A DNA stretch of 64,000 bases. It comes from Candidatus Termititenax persephonae. Lineage in GTDB: Bacteria; Margulisbacteria; Termititenacia; Termititenacales; Termititenacaceae. Both the position numbers and the translations under genes were made by a program. The stretch covers positions 26,799-90,798 of the forward strand of contig BGZO01000001.1 in NCBI GenBank assembly GCA_003864475.1, in the 5' to 3' direction. How positions within the stretch are numbered: the first letter of the stretch is position 1; each line of letters opens with the position of its first letter. Of the stretch, positions 19,353 to 28,964 are shown in pieces. Below the pieces are notes generated by a model. The model did no database searches. It saw only the letters and a program-made list of their open reading frames with translations, and was not told where the DNA came from.

Positions 19353-21713
19353 ATGGCGGTGGATTTGCTGGCGCAAGATTACTTGCAGGAATTACGGGAC
19401 AGCGCGGATAAATATTTTGCTCAGAATTATTTTTTGCAGGCGGTCGCCTATGACGAGCAGTTGATAAAATACAATCCCGCTTTGGCCCCGGGACTTATCC
19501 TCAAATATCAAACCGCCCAGCTGCTCACCCCGCAGTTTAAAAAAGAACTGCACCAAGCCCTGCTCAAGCTTTATCTGGCGGAGGGCAATCCGGCGGATAT
19601 TTTAGAGGAAATCAGCGATTACTTGGAAATTGACCCGTTCGACCAGCAGGTAATTAACCTGCTGCTCAAACTCGACTATGATTATAAGCAAAATCCCCAG
19701 CTTATCCCCGTCTTGGCCAAGGCGGTGCGGCGTAATTATCACAATCATTCTTTGCTAAAAATTCTCTCTGGGTTATACTTGGAACAGGGCGACAGCAAAG
19801 CGGCCATTGAGCTTTACGAAAATTGTTTAAAGCACGGCGAGGGGGGCGCGGAGATGTTAAATATTCTGACGGAACTGCATATCCGGGAGCATAATTATAA
19901 ACGGGCGGCGGAACTGTACCGCGATTTGTCGCGGGAGCAGGCGCAGAATGTGATGGAGCGTCTGGAGGCTCTGCGCAGTAAAAAGGGCATGTCAGCGGAG
20001 CTGCGGTTTTTACTGGCGGAACTGCGCGTCAAGAGCCGCGAGCCGGACCGGGCCTTGGAAGTCTATGAGGAAATCCTTGCCGAAACCCCTAAAGAAGCCA
20101 ATCAGGTCTTGTCCGCCGTCCGGGATTTTTTGCGGATTTATGAGGATTATCCCGCCGCCAATTTTTTGCTGGCGCGGATTCACCGGGCGAAAAATAATTA
20201 TTCCGAAGCGGTCATGGCTTTGCAAAAAATCGTCAATCTCGCGCCGCAGTATGTCGACCAGGCCGCCGTGGAGTTGCAGGATATTATCCGCCAAAATCCC
20301 GGACAGTTTATGGCTCTGGAGACCCTCGCCGTGATTCATCTGTACAAGCGGGACTTTGCCGAGGGCTTTCGGTGCTACAGCAGGATGCTGGACATCGCGC
20401 CGGAGCGCACGGAAGAGATTGTCGAAAAGGCGCGGCTGATTTTGAAACAGCATCCGCAGGTCGTGGCCGCGCGGGAAATTTTGGCCAAGTCTTTTTTAGC
20501 GAAAAAAGATTACCGCCGCGCCAAGAGCGAAGCGGAGGCTATTTTGGCGGTCGAGCAGAATAACGCCGGGGCTTTGGCGGTGCTGGGACGCGCCTGCCTA
20601 GGGCTGACTGAGTATGAGCAGGCGGCGACGGTCTTAAAAGATGCCCTGCGCCAAGACCCTTACAATAAGGCCTTGCAAGTTTATTACCGCGACGCGTCGA
20701 CTTTCAAGCTGGACCGGCGGATTGCCGAGCTGGCTAAGCGTCTGGGCAAGGACCAATATAAATATTCTTGGCACTATGACTTGGGGCGGCAGTATTTCCA
20801 ACGCGGCTTATTGACCGAGGCGCTCAGCGAGTTCCAAGCGGCGGTCAAGAGCGCGGCGCAGGAAAAAGACGCGCACCATTGGCAGGGCGTGTGCTACAAG
20901 GAGCTGGGGCGGTATGACTTGGCGGCGGCACAGTTCCAGAAAGCCTCGGCGCAGATTCCCGAGAGCGATTTGGCCGAGCGGCAAAAATCATTGTATTACA
21001 CCGGGCTGGCTTACGAGGCGCTGGGCGAGCATCAGCGGGCCTTGGCTGTCTATACCGAGATTTACAATCTCGACCTGCATTACAAAAATATCGGGCGACG
21101 CTTGGAGCATCTGCGTTCTTTTTCTTGGGTGGAGCTGCGCGGCAAGGCCTTGGCGGTGGTCATTGCCGACTTGGGCGGCCAGCGGCTGATTGGCAGTTGG
21201 GCGAAAAATAATGAGTCGGAAGAATACGTCAAACGCCACCGCAATAAAAATATTGATTTGTCTTTCAGCATGGAGCATAATAACCGCGCCGTGGACTTGG
21301 CCTTGCGGGGACGGCTGGCGGAGGCTGAAGAGGAACTGGTTCTCGCCGCACAGATGGACTCCACTTTCACGATAGTTTTCAATAACCAAGCCGTGCTGGC
21401 GTTGCTCAACGGGCAGTTGGCTAAGGCCAAGGATTATTTGGAGCAAGCCATCAGCCTCAATCCCCGGCTGTGCATCACTTATGCTAATTACGGGGTGTGG
21501 CATCTCCTGCGCGGCGAACAGGAGAGCGCCAAGGAAAAACTGGAAATCGCGCTTTCGCTGGACAATACCCTGTGCCTGACCCAGCTCAATCTCGGCGACA
21601 TTTATTACGCGCAGGACGATGTGCCGAAAGCCATCGCCTACTGGAATATGGTTTTGGATTTTGGGGCCTTGCCCGAGCTGGCCTCGCGCCGTCTCCAATA
21701 CTGCCAGCCGTGA
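19353..21713 (+). CDS. tetratricopeptide (TPR) repeat protein, 786 aa
   Basis: ATG at 19353 right after the LptF/G stop. Multiple TPR-like 34-aa repeats (AxxxYxxA/L patterns) throughout. The longer 19101 start in the ORF track overlaps the LptF/LptG-like gene. Confidence 0.7.
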   Translation: MAVDLLAQDYLQELRDSADKYFAQNYFLQAVAYDEQLIKYNPALAPGLILKYQTAQLLTPQFKKELHQALLKLYLAEGNPADILEEISDYLEIDPFDQQVINLLLKLDYDYKQNPQLIPVLAKAVRRNYHNHSLLKILSGLYLEQGDSKAAIELYENCLKHGEGGAEMLNILTELHIREHNYKRAAELYRDLSREQAQNVMERLEALRSKKGMSAELRFLLAELRVKSREPDRALEVYEEILAETPKEANQVLSAVRDFLRIYEDYPAANFLLARIHRAKNNYSEAVMALQKIVNLAPQYVDQAAVELQDIIRQNPGQFMALETLAVIHLYKRDFAEGFRCYSRMLDIAPERTEEIVEKARLILKQHPQVVAAREILAKSFLAKKDYRRAKSEAEAILAVEQNNAGALAVLGRACLGLTEYEQAATVLKDALRQDPYNKALQVYYRDASTFKLDRRIAELAKRLGKDQYKYSWHYDLGRQYFQRGLLTEALSEFQAAVKSAAQEKDAHHWQGVCYKELGRYDLAAAQFQKASAQIPESDLAERQKSLYYTGLAYEALGEHQRALAVYTEIYNLDLHYKNIGRRLEHLRSFSWVELRGKALAVVIADLGGQRLIGSWAKNNESEEYVKRHRNKNIDLSFSMEHNNRAVDLALRGRLAEAEEELVLAAQMDSTFTIVFNNQAVLALLNGQLAKAKDYLEQAISLNPRLCITYANYGVWHLLRGEQESAKEKLEIALSLDNTLCLTQLNLGDIYYAQDDVPKAIAYWNMVLDFGALPELASRRLQYCQP

Positions 21714-22294
21714 GCGACTGCCCATACAAGTATTCCCTGACTTTTACGAAAAATGGTCTGCTGATTTTTCTTTCCCAGCTGGACTTGATGCGGCTCTTCG
21801 GGCGGGTTATCCAAAAAAGTTCCCTGCCAGTCGCTTATACGCAAGGTTTCAATCCGCACCCGCGCTATGCCTTGCCTTATCCCTTGCCGGTGGGCTATGT
21901 TGGCGAGGCGGAAATTTTGGCAATATACTTGACACAGCCCGTGCCGGAAAACACCTTGATTGAGGAATTTAACCGCTTCTTGCCGCCGGATATTCGGGTA
22001 CGCCAGGCGGTGGGCGGCGCGCTTACACCGCGTTATTATCTGAGAGTTGTTTTGGCGGGACCCCGCGATTGGTCTCTGCCCGCCAATTGGGCGGACTTGA
22101 CCGTGGCCAAGGAGAATAAAAAAAGCGAGGTCCAAAAATATCGTCTGGGCGACCATGTGCGGCTTGAGCAGTCCGGGGCGGAATTGCGTCTCCTGCCGCT
22201 GAGCGATAAGGTTTTTAAGGCTGAGAAAGTCTGTGCCGCGCTGGGAATTGCGCTGGAGCAAATCACCGAGATTGTCCGGGCAGAAGCCCATTAA
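21710..22294 (+). CDS. radical SAM-linked protein (DUF2344 / TIGR03936-like)
   Basis: GTG start overlaps the TPR stop. FTKNGLLIFLSQLDLMRLFGRVIQKSSLPVAYTQGFNPHPR matches the conserved DUF2344 block (FSKxGxxRFISHLDLMRxFxRAxRRAxxPxAYSQGFNPHPK). Confidence 0.65.
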   Translation: MSDCPYKYSLTFTKNGLLIFLSQLDLMRLFGRVIQKSSLPVAYTQGFNPHPRYALPYPLPVGYVGEAEILAIYLTQPVPENTLIEEFNRFLPPDIRVRQAVGGALTPRYYLRVVLAGPRDWSLPANWADLTVAKENKKSEVQKYRLGDHVRLEQSGAELRLLPLSDKVFKAEKVCAALGIALEQITEIVRAEAH

Positions 22295-22333
22295 AAAAAG
22301 AAATTGTCCCAGACACTACCACACTACCAAAAA

Positions 22334-22362
22334 AACGCCCCTCTTGGCGAGGGGCGTTTTGG
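22334..22362. terminator. bidirectional intrinsic terminator (AAAAACGCCCCTC-ttgg-CGAGGGGCGTTTT) between convergent genes
   Basis: 10-bp GC-rich stem with A-run and T-run on either side. Confidence 0.7.
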
Positions 22363-22388
22363 CACGACAAAACTAAAACTACGCGGCG

Positions 22389-23726
22389 TTATTTCAATTT
22401 ATCATAACTGCCTAAGAGCCTGAGCAGTTTGTCATTTTCCGCGCGGACAATCGCCGAGGCGCTGGATGAATTGGCGTTGTACAGCGTATTGATTTGCACC
22501 GCGATGCCGTCCGAACCGAGATTATTAACCAGCAAGTAATGGGCTTGGTGGGGATTGACTTTGCTGATTGCGCTGAAGGCATATTCATTGGCATCATAAG
22601 TGTAAGTATATCCGGCTTCCGCCAAGGCTTGCCGCGCAAAACCAAGTATCTCCGGCTGGCTATTGGACAGATAGATTTTTTCACTGGTCAGCACTGTCTG
22701 ATAAGCCGCCAAGGCCTGCGCCAGATTGAACAACTCTTCGGTTACCCGGTCGGATAGAGCGGTCTTGGTCTCATTGGCCGCGCCCTCGATGAAAGCCTCG
22801 ATGTTCACACCGATAGCCGCGTTTACTTGGGTAAAAGTAACGCTAAGATTCAGGTCTTTTTTTACCGCCGAGAAAACATAATTGGTCTGGTTTTCGTTCT
22901 TGATGGTATAGCCGCTGGCGGCAATGGCGGTACGCGCATTGACGTAGGCTTGCGGGAAGTCGATAAACCGATAAATATGTCTCGTGCCTTTCTCCACCAC
23001 GGGATACGTGTCAAGGTAGGCGGTCAAATTGTCGTTAAAATTTTCGATATAGGCTTGATTGCCGTTGACATCATAATTGCCGTCGAGGCTGGTGTTGATG
23101 CCGATAACAGTACGTCCCGCCTCGCCGCTGGCAATGATATTAAGCACGGCAGTCAAGGGTTCGTTGAAGACGTGGTTGGCCGTGCGCTCCTGTAGCGAGA
23201 TGACGTTGCCGTTGGCCTGATACAGCAGGCTGTTGGCCTCCAAGTAGTCTTCGATAAAAGATTTTACGCGCGCGGTCGTCGCGACCGGATAAACATATTC
23301 CGTGGTCGCCCGTGAGGACCAGCGTCCGTATTTGTCCAACTCCGCGATGATTTCGGCCACCGCTTCTTGGGCGATTTGCCTGGACTGCGCCTCGTCGATA
23401 TTGCCGTCGAGGAGAGCCAAAATCGTAACGACCGTCTCGCCATTACTGCCGTCCGTAACCACCGCTTCGACGTGCTTATTGTCGGTTTCGACCGCGCCGA
23501 GCGTGGCGTTGTCCTCAGGCAGGGCGGAGACGACTTTGTAATTGTCCGCATCCTCTTCGACGATGGTGTAGCCCTTGGTCTGCAGGGCGGCGGTGGTAAA
23601 TTCATAAACCCTGTCCTTGCTCAGGCTGGTATAGACTTTGTTGTCTTCCTGACGAATATTTACCCCGCAACCCGTCAGTAAAAACAGGCTGGCCATCAGG
23701 CCGATAATTGTCAACTTCTTTAACAT
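22389..23726 (-). CDS. hypothetical lipoprotein (445 aa)
   Basis: Signal peptide with lipobox: MLKKLTIIGLMASLFLLTGCGV. Confidence 0.6.
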   Translation of the reverse strand: MLKKLTIIGLMASLFLLTGCGVNIRQEDNKVYTSLSKDRVYEFTTAALQTKGYTIVEEDADNYKVVSALPEDNATLGAVETDNKHVEAVVTDGSNGETVVTILALLDGNIDEAQSRQIAQEAVAEIIAELDKYGRWSSRATTEYVYPVATTARVKSFIEDYLEANSLLYQANGNVISLQERTANHVFNEPLTAVLNIIASGEAGRTVIGINTSLDGNYDVNGNQAYIENFNDNLTAYLDTYPVVEKGTRHIYRFIDFPQAYVNARTAIAASGYTIKNENQTNYVFSAVKKDLNLSVTFTQVNAAIGVNIEAFIEGAANETKTALSDRVTEELFNLAQALAAYQTVLTSEKIYLSNSQPEILGFARQALAEAGYTYTYDANEYAFSAISKVNPHQAHYLLVNNLGSDGIAVQINTLYNANSSSASAIVRAENDKLLRLLGSYDKLK

Positions 23727-23882
23727 ATTTTTTCTCCTTCTGCTTGATTATTTTGGCCGAGAACAATTTTTGATATGCGCGTAATTCCCCGCCCAACTTA
23801 CGCACCCAGTTATAATACAATAGGTCGACCAAATTTTGCAACTATCGGCGGCGGGACAATACCAGGCGCGGTCAACGCCTAG

Positions 23883-23956
23883 TGGGCCCACTTGGACTTG
23901 AACCAAGGACCCACCGGTTATGAGCCGGTTGCTCTAACCAACTGAGCTATGGGCCC
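23883..23956 (-). tRNA. tRNA-Met/Ile2 type (anticodon CAT), elongator-like (G1-C72, A73)
   Basis: Reverse complement folds as GGGCCCA-TA-GCTC-AGTTGGTTA-GAGC-A-ACCGG-CTCATAA-CCGGT-GGGTC-CTTGG-TTCAAGT-CCAAG-TGGGCCC-A. Confidence 0.85.
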
Positions 23957-24338
23957 CAACCGACGCGGAGCGGATTATACCAGCAAAAACCGTCCACCAC
24001 AACCGATTTTATTTACGCTATTTGGCCAATGTCTCGTGCCCGCACATTGAACACAAAAATTCAATGCGTGAAATCAGCATTTTGCGTCGATAGGTTGATG
24101 TAGCTTTTTAGGCCTTGGTAATTATGTATAAATCCGCCAAAAGTGGGTATTAATGTTGGCAAAGAAGGGCAGGTATTTATGGTCAAACTCAGGCTGAAGC
24201 CGCAGAGAATAGCGCTGGAAGACATAGTGCGCCGCCAGGAAATGGCGAAATACGGTCAAGTCGTCAGCGCCTTTAAGCCTATGGTCAGCCGACGGGCGGT
24301 CAATGGCCCGACAATTGTCGCGATAGAATAATAGGGGG

Positions 24339-27300
24339 TTGGGTATGCGAGTGTGGATGTGTGAATTGACTGCTACTTCTTCTCCTTCTTCTAGATATTA
24401 TACAATGATGTCCTCCCATGGTATGTCTGGTGAAAATCTTGCGGTAATGGAAAACGCTGATGAAGACCCCAATGAAGAGGGAGTACAAATTAGTGCGAAA
24501 AAAGCGGCAACGTCTCAAGATTTATTAAAGTTTATGTTAATAGATGTTGATAAAAAAATAGAAGAGGGGAAGCTTACTCCCGAAGATATAAAATACTTTA
24601 AAGATGTCTGGGACGAGGCAAAAGATACTCCTGCCGCAAGAACGGAATTACTTAACTACATCACGCGGACAGGTGAAGAAGGTTTATTGGGAAAAGTGAT
24701 TGGCGGAGACGCGGAGACGTTTAAGGAACTCTTGGATACCGCAATAAATTCATTGCCTTCTTCAATTACTACGCAAGGGAGATTAGTGGGATATCTCACG
24801 GAGAACCAAGATTTGTTGAATGCAGTGATAGGCACAGATACAGACAAGGCAAAAAACTTTATGGAACTCTTGAGCACCGCGAAAGATAATCCTGACGCGC
24901 AAGGGAAATTGCTGGGATATCTCATAGAGCAATACAATTCAGTCAATTCAGACAATAAAAATTTGTTGAAGGCAGTGATAGGGGAAGGCACAGACAAGGC
25001 AGAGAACTTTATGAAACTTTGGGATGCCGCGAACAACAATTCTGCCGCGCGAGAGAATTTGGTGAAATATCTCACGGACAGCCAAGATTTGTTGAATGCA
25101 GTAATAGATAGGAACGGAAACAAGACAGAAAACTTTATGGAACTTTGGGATGCCACGAACAACAATTCTGCCGCGCGAGAGAATTTGGTGAAATATCTCA
25201 CGGACAGCCAAGATTTGTTGAATGCAGTGATAGATAGGAACGAAAACAAGGCAGCAAACTTTATGGAACTTTGGGATGTTGCGAAAAACAATCTTGCCAC
25301 GCAAGAAAAATTGGTAGAAAAATACGAGGGATCCTTGTTAGGAAATATTGGTGTACACAAGATTAAGGAACTCTATGAGGCAACCAAAAATTTGGACTTA
25401 CTTGGCTGCGTAAGAAGTGAATTAAATGAATTATACAATAATCCTCCTAATCCTCCTAATGCTATTTCGCTTAAAATATTTGGCATAGTTGGTAAGGACT
25501 TAAGTCAAGCCAATTTTGGCGATAACGGTCGTGTCGATGGCAAAGGCCATACTACTGGCGGCTGGGCGCTTGGCTTGGTAACTGGCGAAGACGAAGCTGG
25601 CGGTATTGAGGGCGTGATTACGGCCGAGGAATTTCTTACTTGGCATAATAGTGATATTGATGAGTTTATTCGAGATATTGTTACTCTTTTTGGAGATGAT
25701 GCGCTGGCTGCCCTCGTAACGATGTCTAAACATTTGGGTGGAGAGGCGGAAAAGAAGCTGCTCGATAGGCTAATGACTTTTTATGATAATCCAGGCGTAA
25801 CCAATGTAAGGGACCCCCACTTTGCTTCAGCGCATATTACTCAACAAATTGCCGATGGCATCAATAAAGCTAGTGAAGATGGTGAGCCAGACTTCATTGC
25901 TTTACAATTAGTCTCCAAAATGAATGACAATCAATTGACCAAGTTACTGGTGTTTATGTATCAGTGTAGTGGAAATAGCGGGCAGTCAGTTGTGAATACA
26001 ATATTAAAAATGACAGGGCAAGAATCCCCAACAAGCGATGTCGGTAATCGGTTGTTGCATCAAGCATTGGAATTATACAGTGATACAGATGACCGTAGGA
26101 ATGGAGCGCATCCAATAGTGGGGAAGGCTATAACCGATGCAATTAATGTGATAATAGCAGGTGGGAATGAGGGTGCGTATAAGGATGAGTATAAAAATCT
26201 TTGTGATTACTTTTCGCGACCGGAGAACTCTGCCCAGTTAAGAAAAGTTGTTAGGCATTGTATTGACATAGATATCCCAAAAGATAAAGGTGATACTAAC
26301 GGTGATACTACAGAGGCTCAGGCCGTAAGAAAGTTATTGCTCGACGATAGAACCCAGAGAGCCACGCTAGGTTTTCTTGATGAGGCTTATGACCAGACTG
26401 GCGGGCGGATTTGGGATAGCGATGTCAAAGATTTTTTGAGAACATGTAAAAATGATAGTGCTATAAAAGACGACAATCCAGCATTGGCAAAAGCTTTAGA
26501 TACGGTAACAAATCCGGCCAATAGGGCCAGGATGAGAGCGGGACTTCCACCAGCTAGAGAGAAGAGTACGACACCCGAACAAATAAATGGTGGGACAGGA
26601 GGGTTGCACGTTGCTGCGCCCGCCGCCACGCCCGCGCCTGTACGTACCAAGGATGAGATAAAATTGGAGAATGAGGCAAGAGTCAGTGATATTTTTTATA
26701 AGGGGTTCACTGAAGAAGATTTTAAGGCACTAAAAGATAATGGCATAAATTTAGGATTAGATTACAAAGCATTTATTAAGATGGCCTCAACACAATTCAG
26801 CCAGTTTGAGTTTAGGGCAACTGGTGGTGGGGATGCTCAAAAGAAAGTTGTTACAGACTTTTTGACGGCTTACGCAAAAGCTCTTTCTCATGGGGATACC
26901 GACAATGGTAAAACGGCGATGCGAGAAGCCGTTATGCTGTTAACGGACCATGGTTTCACCAAAGCATTCTTAGAGGCATATACATCCGCAAATTATATCG
27001 CAGGATTCTTCGACAAAGGGAGTCCTCATGCCGGGGAGCAGTACAAGGCGGACGGCACTACGAACACTCAGGCTAAGTCCTATCACTATATCGGTAGTGG
27101 TTCCACCCGGGCGGCTGTCGATGCTTTCCACGACTGGGCGAAAAATAACGGGGGGGATATAGGGAGCGGCGCCGAATCTTCTTATATGAAAGCGATAAAA
27201 GGTGGTACCCCTGTGTTTGAGGGTGCTACATTTCTTGGCATTGACGTTACGTTAAATGGGATAAAACTAAGGATTAGGCCTGATGATGCAGTAATTAGCA

Positions 27301-27458
27301 AAATAAGCGGTGATGTTGAGGGTGAGGCATGGAAAGATGCCTTGCTGACTGAACTGAGAAGAGAAACCAGAACAGAAAACATCGGGTTTACGCTTACGAT
27401 ACCAAATGAACAAGATGGTATAGTCGAAAACAAAGCCCCCCAACTAGACCTGCCCTAG
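24339..27458 (+). CDS. large hypothetical repeat protein (1039 aa), no signal peptide, low-GC codon usage
   Basis: Long ORF in an AT-rich island. Residues about 120-330 form about five 42-aa tandem repeats (LLNAVIDRNGNKTENFMELWDATNNNSAARENLVKYLTDSQD). No recognised catalytic motifs. The start codon is uncertain. Confidence 0.6.
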   Translation: MGMRVWMCELTATSSPSSRYYTMMSSHGMSGENLAVMENADEDPNEEGVQISAKKAATSQDLLKFMLIDVDKKIEEGKLTPEDIKYFKDVWDEAKDTPAARTELLNYITRTGEEGLLGKVIGGDAETFKELLDTAINSLPSSITTQGRLVGYLTENQDLLNAVIGTDTDKAKNFMELLSTAKDNPDAQGKLLGYLIEQYNSVNSDNKNLLKAVIGEGTDKAENFMKLWDAANNNSAARENLVKYLTDSQDLLNAVIDRNGNKTENFMELWDATNNNSAARENLVKYLTDSQDLLNAVIDRNENKAANFMELWDVAKNNLATQEKLVEKYEGSLLGNIGVHKIKELYEATKNLDLLGCVRSELNELYNNPPNPPNAISLKIFGIVGKDLSQANFGDNGRVDGKGHTTGGWALGLVTGEDEAGGIEGVITAEEFLTWHNSDIDEFIRDIVTLFGDDALAALVTMSKHLGGEAEKKLLDRLMTFYDNPGVTNVRDPHFASAHITQQIADGINKASEDGEPDFIALQLVSKMNDNQLTKLLVFMYQCSGNSGQSVVNTILKMTGQESPTSDVGNRLLHQALELYSDTDDRRNGAHPIVGKAITDAINVIIAGGNEGAYKDEYKNLCDYFSRPENSAQLRKVVRHCIDIDIPKDKGDTNGDTTEAQAVRKLLLDDRTQRATLGFLDEAYDQTGGRIWDSDVKDFLRTCKNDSAIKDDNPALAKALDTVTNPANRARMRAGLPPAREKSTTPEQINGGTGGLHVAAPAATPAPVRTKDEIKLENEARVSDIFYKGFTEEDFKALKDNGINLGLDYKAFIKMASTQFSQFEFRATGGGDAQKKVVTDFLTAYAKALSHGDTDNGKTAMREAVMLLTDHGFTKAFLEAYTSANYIAGFFDKGSPHAGEQYKADGTTNTQAKSYHYIGSGSTRAAVDAFHDWAKNNGGDIGSGAESSYMKAIKGGTPVFEGATFLGIDVTLNGIKLRIRPDDAVISKISGDVEGEAWKDALLTELRRETRTENIGFTLTIPNEQDGIVENKAPQLDLP
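24690..25330 (+). repeat. in-frame 126-bp tandem repeat array inside the 1039-aa gene (about 5 units; the last two, 25053-25178 and 25179-25304, are near-identical)
   Basis: Seen at DNA and protein level. Confidence 0.8.
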
Positions 27459-27713
27459 TCGCTGACGACCCTGCTAACCCTGCTCCTAACCCTGGCACTA
27501 CTGGCCCTAACCCTGCTGGTGATGGTGCTGGTGGTCCCCCCGACTCCAACACCCCTAATAGTTGAAGAAGATAAGGCGGGGAGTAATTAAAAGCACAAGA
27601 CAATCCTTGACCCGCCGCCCCCGCGTAAGGAGCGACGCGGTTTGCTACCCAGCAGAGACCAGCCGGATTAGACGGGCGCAGATAAAACAATTCAGATTGA
27701 ACGTACGAATTCC

Positions 27714-28382
27714 GTGTCGGCGCAAAAAGGTGGTAGAATCCTGAGAGTTATCGAGAATTATAATTCTGACTTCAGAGAGGAAGAACACCCGCGCAATAAT
27801 AACGGCAAGTTTTCGACCAGTTCCGGTAGTGGCAGTAGCAAATCCAAGCCGCAAAAAACAGACCGCACACAGGAGACGGGCATGGCAGACGATTTAAAGA
27901 CCAAGAAGCAAAAGCAGGAAATTATCAGCCGTTTAGATAAAGATTATATTCAAACCGCTGAGGAATTTTTTGAGAAAGCCAAAGGCAAAATCAAACAACG
28001 CAAGGAAAAAGTGTACAGAAGTATAGACAAACAAGAAGCAAAAAGAATCAAAGATGTAACTGGACTTGATGTCGAAGGTTATGAACATAAAATAATAAAT
28101 GAGGATTTTGCGCACATATTCAGACGGCATGGTAATCCCAGAAAACAAGAAAAACTTGGACAGGTTGCGGTTACAAAAGATGATTTAAAACTCATACCCG
28201 AAATAACCAAAAATTACGACTCTCTCAAATTAAGCCCTGAAACATCTGAAGGTCGTCCTGTATTGGTTTACACTAAAAAAATAGGAAATGAATATTACTA
28301 CCTTGAAACTGTTGGCGGTAAAAAGACCAGAGATTTGCGGTCAAAAAGCATGTGGATTAGAAAGACGGGAACAACCGACTGA
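27714..28382 (+). CDS. hypothetical protein, 'expressed copy' of a three-member cassette family; N-terminal module GGRILRVIENYNSDFREEEHPRNNNGKF plus variable C-terminal domain
   Basis: GTG start with no clear SD. The ORF is in the same frame as the upstream 1039-aa gene. The first about 71 nt after Lys-5 are repeated at 28590 and 28965. The C-terminal region has an HIFRRHG motif. Confidence 0.55.
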   Translation: MSAQKGGRILRVIENYNSDFREEEHPRNNNGKFSTSSGSGSSKSKPQKTDRTQETGMADDLKTKKQKQEIISRLDKDYIQTAEEFFEKAKGKIKQRKEKVYRSIDKQEAKRIKDVTGLDVEGYEHKIINEDFAHIFRRHGNPRKQEKLGQVAVTKDDLKLIPEITKNYDSLKLSPETSEGRPVLVYTKKIGNEYYYLETVGGKKTRDLRSKSMWIRKTGTTD

Positions 28383-28445
28383 TGCCTATTAGTTTCCTAA
28401 CCCTCAATCTCTACGCCCAAAGCGTGGTCGTTCCCGCTATGAATA

Positions 28446-28589
28446 TATTATACCACAAAAGGACTACAATATACATGCAAGCCCCGCGTCTCAAAGATTC
28501 CTGCTGGTAGCCACTAGCACGTCAGTTGCAGCAGTTTTTCTTTGCGGCATATTTTGCCCAAGCTATTTGAGGCCGTAAAGAAACCGCAG
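28446..28589 (+). repeat. 144-bp direct repeat R1 (R2 28821-28964; R3 29587-29705), contains a CTGCTG...CAGCAG hairpin followed by TTTTTCTTT
   Basis: Three about 90%-identical copies, each following a cassette. The stem-loop plus T-run is compatible with a weak intrinsic terminator. Confidence 0.8.
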
Positions 28590-28753
28590 GTGATAGAATC
28601 CTGAGAGTTATCGAGAATTATAATTCTGACTTCAGAGAGGAAGAACACCCGTGCAATAATGAATATTATTATCTTGAAACTGTTGGTGGTAAGAGAACCA
28701 GAGATTTAAGGCCAAAAACGATGTACATAAAAAAAACCAGAAGCAGGCACTGA
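28590..28753 (+). pseudogene. decayed cassette 2: 5-prime module (with a 1-nt deletion, TTATAATT to TTTAATT) fused directly to the last 30 codons of a cassette-1-like tail
   Basis: Aligning module copies shows a single-base deletion. Apart from that deletion it is an in-frame internal deletion derivative (..EHPCNNEYYYLETVGGKRTRDLRPKTMYIKKTRSRH). No start codon. Confidence 0.6.
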
Positions 28754-28820
28754 ATGCGCCATATTTTTCAATATGTCCCTCGCTTAAACGTCCTAGACGC
28801 TCCTGCTTCTGGCATTATCA

Positions 28821-28964
28821 ATATTATACCACAAAAGGACTAAAATATACATGCAAGCCCCGCGTCTCAAAGACTCCTGCTGGCAACCACTAGCACGTCA
28901 GCTGCAGCAGTTTTTCTTTAAGGCATATTTTGCCCAAGCTATTTGAGGCCGTAAAGAAACCGCA
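28821..28964 (+). repeat. 144-bp direct repeat R2
   Basis: See R1. Confidence 0.8.

Noticed and set aside
23883-23956. The tRNA-Met(CAT) gene as an initiator tRNA.
   Set aside because: G1-C72 is paired and there are no three consecutive G-C pairs in the anticodon stem (ACCGG/CCGGT), so it is elongator Met or lysidine-modified Ile2. The two cannot be distinguished by eye.
24143-24331. 62-aa ORF (normal GC) between tRNA-Met and the giant gene.
   Set aside because: No SD, no recognisable family, and it is short. It is possibly a fragment of a disrupted gene at the insertion boundary, and there is not enough evidence to call it.
27456-27590. Stop-codon readthrough of the 1039-aa gene's TAG.
   Set aside because: The in-frame continuation encodes only a 43-codon hydrophobic stretch and hits TAA at 27588. 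Nothing supports programmed readthrough. It is noted only as part of the decayed-linker idea.
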